From Promethearchaeota archaeon (GTDB lineage Archaea; Asgardarchaeota; Lokiarchaeia; Sigyniarchaeales; SOKP01): a stretch of DNA of 64,000 nucleotides. The notes under the pieces are model-generated. The model did no database searches and was not told where the DNA came from. It was given only the letters and a program-made list of their open reading frames with translations. The position numbers were made by a program, and so were the translations under genes. How positions within the stretch are numbered: position 1 is the first letter of the stretch; every line of letters begins with the position of its first letter. The stretch is taken from NCBI GenBank assembly GCA_016840165.1, contig JAEOSU010000018.1:28902-92901 (forward strand), written 5' to 3'. Shown one piece after another: positions 1-7,684 of this stretch.

Positions 1-2
1 AT

Positions 3-251
3 GATTCTGCAGATTTATATATAGTTATAACTAAAAAAGCGAAGGATTATTGTCTCGGTTTCACTCCGAATTCCCCTCCAATAGATAGATCTTATTGGCT
101 TAAATTAGGAGAAGAGGTATTGAAGGATCTAAAACATAATTCAGAATTTATTGCACAATGGAATTTATTAGTTAAGAAGAAGAAATTAGTTCCTTCAGCA
201 AAACAGTTTTTAATAAAAGTGATTGAATTAGAAAAGAACCATAAGGATTAA
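3..251 (+). CDS. 3' end of a hypothetical protein running in from the left edge (partial)
   Basis: Open frame from nt 3 (DSADLYIVITKKAKDY...ELEKNHKD) to TAA at 249-251. The stop overlaps the convergent gene's stop by 4 nt. Not in the ORF track because it has no start in the window. Confidence 0.6.
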   Translation, partial: DSADLYIVITKKAKDYCLGFTPNSPPIDRSYWLKLGEEVLKDLKHNSEFIAQWNLLVKKKKLVPSAKQFLIKVIELEKNHKD

Positions 252-1882
252 AGCATATTTTCATGGAAAGAAAATGCAAGACATACCCAAAAGAGCATTC
301 TTAGTTCGACTTTAAACGCCAATGGGTCATTGCTCCAATGAAAAGCGCTATTTGAATAACTATCATCGAAAAATCTATTATTTCTTTTAATAAATGCAAT
401 TAATATTCTACTTAGATCCTCATTTGATTGGTCTAATTCTATTAAGTCTAATACTAAAAGAGCTCTTGCAGTATCCGTCAAGTTATTATTAATTGATCCA
501 TTTTGCTTCAGCGCTTTTGTTAATTCTGAGTAATATGTTTGTTTTAATCTTGTTACATCTCTGGTTTCTTCGATTAACTTAATAGACGCTAAATGGCACA
601 TCATATCTAAAGGAACATTCGTGTCTGAAAATGTAGTTACATCTAAAGACACTAGTTCTTTCAGCAAATCATTCTTATCTGTGATAATATTTCCTCTTTT
701 TTCTAACATTTTTAATGCTACCAGAGCATAGAAGTTTAAAAGTAGCTTCTCTGGGATAAATATAGTAAATTCATTTTCAAGAAACATTTCAATATCAAGT
801 AAATCAATGATATCTGTGCTATTAATAAGATTAAGTTCTGATAATATAGAGAGGCCATAGGCATTACTTATAGGATTAGGTTTATGATAGATTCCTGAAC
901 TAAAAACGCGAGCATTTATATATGGTTTAAGATATTCTATGAATTGTGAAGGATGAAGGGGAAGATCAAATCCAATCATTTTTGCAATAGCAATTATATA
1001 AAAAAGATTTTCTATATCTAATGACTCAGGATTGTTTTTGATGCAAATAAATAAATTTTCGCGGTTGAACGTTAATTGAGTAATCATTTTTTGCGTCATT
1101 TGAGGAAAATTTCCAAAGTAGTGAGCAAATGTTTTCTCATCCCCACTAAGTTCTATAATGGCACCCTTTAAGTCTTCTAGATCTTTATTTAAATACTCAT
1201 CTTCAGCTTCAACTTCATTTGGATATTGAATAAGATTCAATGCACTTTCCTTAGCTTTTTCCAATTGATCAATGATGTTTTCCTCTGATGATGGAATTTG
1301 TTTTTGCGGTAGTTTATTAAAACTCTCAGAAATAACTGTAATCGTATTTAAGTCTATATAATGATTTATGTGCTGGAGCACGTGGTTAAGGAGTTCCTCA
1401 TCCTCAAATGATATAGGATTATTTATTCTGTATTCAATTAGTTTATCTTTGAATTTAGCGGGGAGTAAATCGAAAAGATCGAGATTATCAACTTTATTTA
1501 CATCAGCTTCGACAACATATTCAATAAGACTGACAAATAAATATCTATTAGCATAGGCTCTTAATTCATTTTCATAAAATTCGTTATAATTAGAATAGGC
1601 TTTGATCCTTTCAGTAAAAGTTTTTTCAACTATAAAATCATTAGGAACTAATTCCTGAATCGGAATTCCAATCGTGTTTAATGCCGAATTAGTTGAGGAT
1701 ATAATATTTTGTATGATTTCCTTTTTCTGATAATCAGTATGTTTTTTTAACTTTGAATATATGGCAATTTTTTTAAATGTCAATAAATCCTTGATATATG
1801 CATGACACTTACCTAAATACTCAATAATTTCTTTTTGATATGTAAGACAAAAATTAGTTATGAAATAATTTATTCGCTCCAT
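248..1882 (-). CDS. Hypothetical protein; C-terminal half resembles prenyltransferase/terpene-cyclase-like alpha/alpha-barrel repeats
   Basis: 544-aa ORF with repeat-like segments 'FSSGIYHKPNPISNAYGLSILSEL' and 'NGSINNNLTDTARALLVLDLI'. Confidence 0.5.
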   Translation of the reverse strand: MERINYFITNFCLTYQKEIIEYLGKCHAYIKDLLTFKKIAIYSKLKKHTDYQKKEIIQNIISSTNSALNTIGIPIQELVPNDFIVEKTFTERIKAYSNYNEFYENELRAYANRYLFVSLIEYVVEADVNKVDNLDLFDLLPAKFKDKLIEYRINNPISFEDEELLNHVLQHINHYIDLNTITVISESFNKLPQKQIPSSEENIIDQLEKAKESALNLIQYPNEVEAEDEYLNKDLEDLKGAIIELSGDEKTFAHYFGNFPQMTQKMITQLTFNRENLFICIKNNPESLDIENLFYIIAIAKMIGFDLPLHPSQFIEYLKPYINARVFSSGIYHKPNPISNAYGLSILSELNLINSTDIIDLLDIEMFLENEFTIFIPEKLLLNFYALVALKMLEKRGNIITDKNDLLKELVSLDVTTFSDTNVPLDMMCHLASIKLIEETRDVTRLKQTYYSELTKALKQNGSINNNLTDTARALLVLDLIELDQSNEDLSRILIAFIKRNNRFFDDSYSNSAFHWSNDPLAFKVELRMLFWVCLAFSFHENML

Positions 1883-2041
1883 GTTTCTCTCTATAATCCT
1901 TATACTTAATTAATAATTAAACAAATTATAAAGGATGAAAAAATATTTAACTTTGTTTAATATATTGAAAGTGATTAAATAATCAAACCTCGGTAAGTAA
2001 AATTGATATATAAATATTAAAAGAAACTTTTGAAAGAATAG

Positions 2042-2785
2042 ATGACTGAATCTTATTATAACTATTTAGCTGAAGATTATAATCATAAAAGAAGAAAATC
2101 TTGGAAGGCTTTGGAGGATTTCCTGCAAGAAATTGGTATAGATAAATTATTTTCTTCAGGTTATTGTCTTGATATCGGTTGCGGGAATGGCCGCAATTTT
2201 CCACTTATCTCTTTAACTTCAAACCACATAATTGGGCTCGATAATTCAATAGAATTATTAAAATTTGCTCAAAAGAATGCCAATAATCAAATTAAAAAAA
2301 ATTTTGAAACGAAACCTCACATCCAATTAATATTATGTTCGCTTGATTTATTACCAATCAGATCAAAAGCTATCAACAGTGCATATGTTATTGCCGTAAT
2401 TCATCATATTAAAGGAAGTAAAAATAGAAAATTGATTATGCAACAAATCTATAATTTTCTAAAGGATAAGGGATGGGTCATTCTATCTGTATGGCGTAAG
2501 TTTCAAAAAAAATATAGATGGTTTTTCTTTAAAGATTTGATGAAGAGAGCACTGATACCTAATTATTCAAAGGTTCAGACTAAAAAAGGTTTAGAAGAGT
2601 TCGGGGATAAAATCGTTCCTTGGACTTTAAGTAAAGAAGGAAAAATATATCACCGATTTTATCATTTTTTCTCTCATAAAGAAGCTAAAAAATTAATAGA
2701 TGACTTTAAAATTGAGGTAATTACTAAATTAGGGGGTCCAGGTAAAAAAGATAACTTTTTCTTCTTCTTGAGAAAAGCAAGTTAG
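2042..2785 (+). CDS. Class I SAM methyltransferase, Trm9/ALKBH8-like (tRNA wobble-uridine carboxyl methyltransferase family)
   Basis: Motif I LDIGCGNGR, then GLDNS, IAVIHHI, VW..Q, VPW and RFYHFF, in the order seen in Trm9-type enzymes. Confidence 0.75.
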   Translation: MTESYYNYLAEDYNHKRRKSWKALEDFLQEIGIDKLFSSGYCLDIGCGNGRNFPLISLTSNHIIGLDNSIELLKFAQKNANNQIKKNFETKPHIQLILCSLDLLPIRSKAINSAYVIAVIHHIKGSKNRKLIMQQIYNFLKDKGWVILSVWRKFQKKYRWFFFKDLMKRALIPNYSKVQTKKGLEEFGDKIVPWTLSKEGKIYHRFYHFFSHKEAKKLIDDFKIEVITKLGGPGKKDNFFFFLRKAS

Positions 2786-3279
2786 ATAGGATGACAAATT
2801 ATTGAAGCATAAGCTTTCAAGATGTATGGTTTAAAGTTTTCATAATGTTTATCGATAATCGCGGTATGAATATTAATTAATCGTTCAGTAACGTCGCAAT
2901 AAAAAATTCCGTGTATACTTTTCTCGGAGTAGAATCGTTTTCGTATCATTTTTGATCTTTGCCCAAACCAAGTAGTAAATTCATGACTTTGGAGCCATGA
3001 ATTCTCTTTCGAAGTGATAACTAACCCAATGGAATTATAAGTGTTAATTGATGCTTGAATTTCACGTCCATAATAAAAATTTTGTCGTTCTTTTTTCTCC
3101 CAACTAATGTCAATTTTTGCATTAGCTCCCCAAATCTCATCGTAATCATTTTGAGAATGAAGAATTAGATTTCCTTTATTTTGATCCCCATTGAATTCAA
3201 TTTCTTTAAACCATATGGGCATCCTAGTTAGTTGCAAATTCCCTTCAGGTTTTTCATAGACATAATACTTATATTCCAT
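2782..3279 (-). CDS. Hypothetical protein
   Basis: 165-aa ORF co-oriented with and downstream of the eL13 gene; no confident family. Confidence 0.7.
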   Translation of the reverse strand: MEYKYYVYEKPEGNLQLTRMPIWFKEIEFNGDQNKGNLILHSQNDYDEIWGANAKIDISWEKKERQNFYYGREIQASINTYNSIGLVITSKENSWLQSHEFTTWFGQRSKMIRKRFYSEKSIHGIFYCDVTERLINIHTAIIDKHYENFKPYILKAYASIICHPI

Positions 3280-3341
3280 TATAATTTTCTCTTGAAGTGA
3301 TTTCCGTACTGTAAAGATAATAATGATTTTAAAAAATATCT

Positions 3342-3935
3342 TTATTTCTTGACTAATTCCTTACCTTCTTCAATCCAGCTTTTGATTCTTTCTTCTGAGC
3401 ATCCTTTAATTAACTGTCCAAGTTCGCTAGGATCTTCCAATAATAAGTCTTCAACAGAACTTACTCCTAACTCTACAAATTTCTTTTCAGTCGTGGGACC
3501 TAAACCAGAAAGCTTAGTAAGAGGCAATCTATCCTTTGGAATAGCTTTAGCTTCTAATTTTACTTTTTTAGGTTCTTTTTGAATAGGAGTTGGTTTTTCA
3601 ACAGCTTTAGCTTTCTTTGGTACTTTAACTTTCTTTTCTTTTATAGTTGGTTTTTCTTTCTTAGGTTTGAATTCCGCTCTCCGTTTTTCTTTAGGTTGAA
3701 ATGGTTTCCGTTTCTTAGATGTAGTCTTAGTGATTTTTATATTCTTTAAAGCTTCAATATTCACTTTATAACTTGATTTTCTTGAAAAGTCAATAGGAAC
3801 ATTTAGGTTCTTAAGCTCTTGAACTGATTTTCCAGATTCTTTTATTTCTGACAGAGAAAAACCCCTTCCTTTTCTTAGATTTACATTTCTCGAAGGTGAG
3901 ATTACAGTTGCGCTCACTTCTTTATTAACTTGCAT
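3342..3935 (-). CDS. rpl13e: Ribosomal protein eL13 (L13e) fused through a Lys-rich linker to a C-terminal helix-hairpin-helix domain
   Basis: N-terminal RKGRGFSLSEIK...IDFSRKS...NIEALK matches the L13e signature. C-terminal LSGLGPTTEKKF.ELGVSSVEDL...IKGCSEERIKSWI is HhH-like. Confidence 0.8.
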   Translation of the reverse strand: MQVNKEVSATVISPSRNVNLRKGRGFSLSEIKESGKSVQELKNLNVPIDFSRKSSYKVNIEALKNIKITKTTSKKRKPFQPKEKRRAEFKPKKEKPTIKEKKVKVPKKAKAVEKPTPIQKEPKKVKLEAKAIPKDRLPLTKLSGLGPTTEKKFVELGVSSVEDLLLEDPSELGQLIKGCSEERIKSWIEEGKELVKK

Positions 3936-4065
3936 ACTAACTCTACCACTTTTTTAGTAATAATGTAGTTAAGATAAATAATGAGACTTTTTATTTTTTT
4001 CTATTCGGGAGCTAAGCAAATACATGTTATTTCAAACTGACGAATTCGATGAGAAAATAATGGGT

Positions 4066-4707
4066 TCAAATTTGAATGATATCTAATTGGATCAATTTAT
4101 TTAACGATTCATAAATTTCTTGCTGGGTCTTTCCAAAGGATCTGGAAATTTCGAGGGGCGAGGTCTTGCCATCACATTTCACAGCAATCTGAAATTCGGC
4201 ATCATTAATCATACCCATTGATACAATTTTCTTTAAAACACTCACGTTTATTAGCAATTTGGGAAAAACCTCAGCAATGGTCCCACCATGAGTTAAATTT
4301 TCGATATCGGTAATAATGGTTTGAAATCTGCTTTTTTCCGTAGTGTCTCTAAAGAATTCGATATCCGATTTATGCTTTTTCCAGAATCTATTAGCAATTT
4401 TGCGTATTACGTCAATTAAACGGTCAGAATTATCATCAGCATCAGAAATAGAACAAAACAAAACCCGTGATAATGGATGATAAAAAATGACAATTGTAGA
4501 GTTTTCAGATTCGACGGTTCGCATTAATTCATTTTTTTTTTCCCCTTTCACCATTGCATCTTGAATATTGTCAATAATTCGGTTAATTTCCTTGAAAAAT
4601 CCAGTTATAATATCATTATTAATTTTTCCTTCTTGAAAATCTTTAAAAGAAGCTTCTAAAATGGATATGCCGTTATCCCCGTCAATTAAATAAATTTTAT
4701 AGATCAA
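4066..4707 (-). CDS. Longin-like domain protein with C-terminal winged-helix
   Basis: N-terminal IYLIDGDNGISIL..F...DIITGFF.EI pattern typical of Asgard longin-like domains; C-terminal CDGKTSPLEISRSFG...IYESLNKL wHTH. Confidence 0.55.
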   Translation of the reverse strand: MIYKIYLIDGDNGISILEASFKDFQEGKINNDIITGFFKEINRIIDNIQDAMVKGEKKNELMRTVESENSTIVIFYHPLSRVLFCSISDADDNSDRLIDVIRKIANRFWKKHKSDIEFFRDTTEKSRFQTIITDIENLTHGGTIAEVFPKLLINVSVLKKIVSMGMINDAEFQIAVKCDGKTSPLEISRSFGKTQQEIYESLNKLIQLDIIQI

Positions 4708-4856
4708 TTTCCCTAAAAATTAAAATCATTCACTTACCACTATAATAAAATTACCTTCTTAAGAATGTTTTTTTATTATATCGATTAACACTTAAAAATA
4801 AAAGTGGGAAATGTTATGACTAGTACAAATATTTTATTATTTCTTATTGGAAAAAA

Positions 4857-6113
4857 ATGTCAAGAAAAAACTTCTCTATTATATTCTTTATCATTTTCAG
4901 TTCTCTAATTACTTCGTATTTATTGCCTCAACAAGTAATTCTAAATGAGATGGGTTATATTAACACCAGTAGTGTATCAGATACTTTACCAAGTAAATAC
5001 CAAATTAAGCAAAGCGTTACCTATTCGGTTGAAATCAACTTTTCAGTAACACAATTGAGTTCATTTGCTGATTATTACTTTAAATTACCACGATTAAATG
5101 ATCGACAACCAAATTCTCCATATACGCCAATGTGTCCTCCTTATCAAGAGAGTGAACTTCTCTATCATAACATTTCTGGTAATCTTCCAAGTCAGACCAT
5201 ATTAAATCATACTGATAGATTTAACAACGTTTATGATTCATATAATACAACCCTAAATTTTGCCAATCCTGAAATCAAACTAAGCTCAAAATATTTAATT
5301 ACTCTCAACGAAATCGCATTTGATAATATTCTACCCTCAGAGATAGGATCCTATAATACTTCTGATGATATTTTTGAGCTTTACTGTAATCAATCAGTAG
5401 AATTTTACAGGACAGATGATCCTAACTTGATAAGTTTATCAAACAACATAGTTAGTCCTTCTGATAGTCCAATCATCAAAGCTCAGAAAATTATGAATTG
5501 GATCTGTGATAATATCGAATATAACAATAGTTTTGATGGAGAAATTGGAGCATCTAGTGCATATGGTAATTTGACAGGAGATTGCTCAGAATATTCTAGC
5601 TTAATGATTACACTTCTTCGGATTCAAGGTATCCCTGCTCGTAAAGTCACTGGTATCTGTTTCTCGAAAATGTCTAACTTTAAACCTGAAATTGGAGATA
5701 CATTTACATTTTATATGAGAGATGGAGAAACCCCTACATTATTAGGACATGCATGGGTCGAATACTATGTTCCCGATATTGGATGGATTGCTTGCGATCC
5801 TACATGGAATCAAGTTACTAACTCTTATTTTAACAGAATAGATTATTTACGCTTAAATTATAATATTGGTGAATGGTTCTTTGTCCCTCCTGATGAGTAT
5901 TTTAGTGAATTCCCAGTACCTTATTTTTTTGCTACTGGACCTGGAGCATATTCTAATACCTATGACTTCCAAATAAAAGTAACAGTTCTCGATACAAATT
6001 ACCTTACAATAGATCCACTGCTTTTGATCATAGTTTTCTCTGTAATTGCTGTAGTTATAGCTTTAATTGTCATAATGCTATATATCAGAAAAAAGAAAAA
6101 AACAAAATACTAA
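4857..6113 (+). CDS. Secreted/membrane-anchored transglutaminase-like protein
   Basis: Triad motifs GDCSEYS, HAWVEYY and WIACDPT; N-terminal hydrophobic signal; C-terminal TM helix followed by RKKKKTKY. Confidence 0.85.
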   Translation: MSRKNFSIIFFIIFSSLITSYLLPQQVILNEMGYINTSSVSDTLPSKYQIKQSVTYSVEINFSVTQLSSFADYYFKLPRLNDRQPNSPYTPMCPPYQESELLYHNISGNLPSQTILNHTDRFNNVYDSYNTTLNFANPEIKLSSKYLITLNEIAFDNILPSEIGSYNTSDDIFELYCNQSVEFYRTDDPNLISLSNNIVSPSDSPIIKAQKIMNWICDNIEYNNSFDGEIGASSAYGNLTGDCSEYSSLMITLLRIQGIPARKVTGICFSKMSNFKPEIGDTFTFYMRDGETPTLLGHAWVEYYVPDIGWIACDPTWNQVTNSYFNRIDYLRLNYNIGEWFFVPPDEYFSEFPVPYFFATGPGAYSNTYDFQIKVTVLDTNYLTIDPLLLIIVFSVIAVVIALIVIMLYIRKKKKTKY

Positions 6114-6130
6114 GGATAATGTGCATCAAC

Positions 6131-7543
6131 TTAGATATAAGTTTTAATTAACTCTCTTAAATTTTTTGTGAGATTTGGTAGTGACTTTTCAATTTTTTCT
6201 ACTCTTAATGCTTTTTCCATGAATAATAATAAATATAGATTATAATTATCTACATTTATTTTTTGAAATACAATTTTTTTAGATTGTTCCGAAATACCGG
6301 AAGTAACAATAAAATCTTTCTTTAATATCTTAAACTCTTTAAATGTCTTATATAAAGTCGTAAAGTGTGGTGCTGAGATTTCAAAAACCTTGTTAGCAAT
6401 ATCAGATTTTGAATAATTCGATAAGATGATACCATTTTCATTTAAGAGAAGAATCGCATCAGAATTAACCTTGTCAGAAAACAAACGTAATTGGTTCCGG
6501 AATAATTCACGATTAGGGCTTAGTCGTGAAAGTCCAAATGAATAAGCGGAAATAAGGCTCCAATGATCAAAAATCGATGTTTGAAAGATTTTTATGAAAA
6601 AGGTATGAGAACTTTTGCCTATCTCATTGGTTATATATTCAATATTTTTTTTGATCTCTCTTGATTTCTTTAGATCTGGATCAAACTTATTGATACATAC
6701 TACTATAGGCGGAAACTCATCTAAATTTTTAAGGGAATTGAGAATGTTCTGAAATAATGAAACCGATTCTTTAATTCTTTCAGTATCTTGGACGTCAATA
6801 AAATAAAACAATAAATCCACATTATACAAATAGACTTTTCCTTGTTCAAGAAACTTTTCTCGATATTTTTTTTGCCCCCCTAAATCCCATATAGATATTT
6901 GGGAGTTTTGTTCCTCAAATAATTTCTCCTCTGTTCTTGAAACTCCCTTTGTGGGTAAAGTTTTTATAATTTCAGAGTATCTCTTCTTTACCGCAAGTAA
7001 GAAACTTGTCTTTCCAGCTCTATCCAAGCCTGTAAATAAAATTTTTAATTGTCTTTTTATCGAAAAAGGATCTTTCAGTTCATTGGTAAACTCAAGTAAA
7101 TCTTTTTTAAGTTGATTCATAATAGCTTTATTCTCCTCTAATGTATTTCGAGCTAATATTTTTGTAGCAGTATTATCGATGATGACCCGCAAATATTTCA
7201 TGTTTTCATAAAAAAATATTTTATTTGTCTCTTCAATTAAAATGGTGATAGTTGCTGCTTTTGCGTTTCCTCTAGCTGCTTTATCAGGGATAAGAAAAAA
7301 ATATGTTAATCCATTTAATTTTAAATCGGGAAAAGGTAAGATTCCGAAATAATTAATTCCTTCTATAGTTGTACCGTTTTGATAAACAGAATCGCCCATA
7401 AGTAGACTTATAGTTTTCATAGCGACTAATAATCGCGCTGACTCATCTAAGTCTTCTGGCCAATAGATTATAGGAGTAGGTCCGTCATCATCAAAAAGGC
7501 TATATACAATTGACTTAATTATCTCTCTTTTCATTTCCGTCAT
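6131..7543 (-). CDS. Longin/uDENN (FLCN/SMCR8-like) - Rag/Arf-like small GTPase - roadblock-like fusion protein
   Basis: G1 GLDRAGKTS, G2 PTKG, G3 DLGGQ, G4 NKFD, G5 TSIFD. N-terminal SLFDDDGPTP and PDKAARG. C-terminal DAILLLNENGIILS roadblock strand-turn. Confidence 0.85.
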   Translation of the reverse strand: MTEMKREIIKSIVYSLFDDDGPTPIIYWPEDLDESARLLVAMKTISLLMGDSVYQNGTTIEGINYFGILPFPDLKLNGLTYFFLIPDKAARGNAKAATITILIEETNKIFFYENMKYLRVIIDNTATKILARNTLEENKAIMNQLKKDLLEFTNELKDPFSIKRQLKILFTGLDRAGKTSFLLAVKKRYSEIIKTLPTKGVSRTEEKLFEEQNSQISIWDLGGQKKYREKFLEQGKVYLYNVDLLFYFIDVQDTERIKESVSLFQNILNSLKNLDEFPPIVVCINKFDPDLKKSREIKKNIEYITNEIGKSSHTFFIKIFQTSIFDHWSLISAYSFGLSRLSPNRELFRNQLRLFSDKVNSDAILLLNENGIILSNYSKSDIANKVFEISAPHFTTLYKTFKEFKILKKDFIVTSGISEQSKKIVFQKINVDNYNLYLLLFMEKALRVEKIEKSLPNLTKNLRELIKTYI

Positions 7544-7684
7544 TATATAATACTTTTTAACACAGTATCTTAAAATAGATTTTAATCGAGGTAATAATCC
7601 GAAATATCGATTTTTGTAGATATTAAAATACGATATTTTAATATATCAATAAACTAAGTGTTAATAAATTTAATGAGAAAGAAA

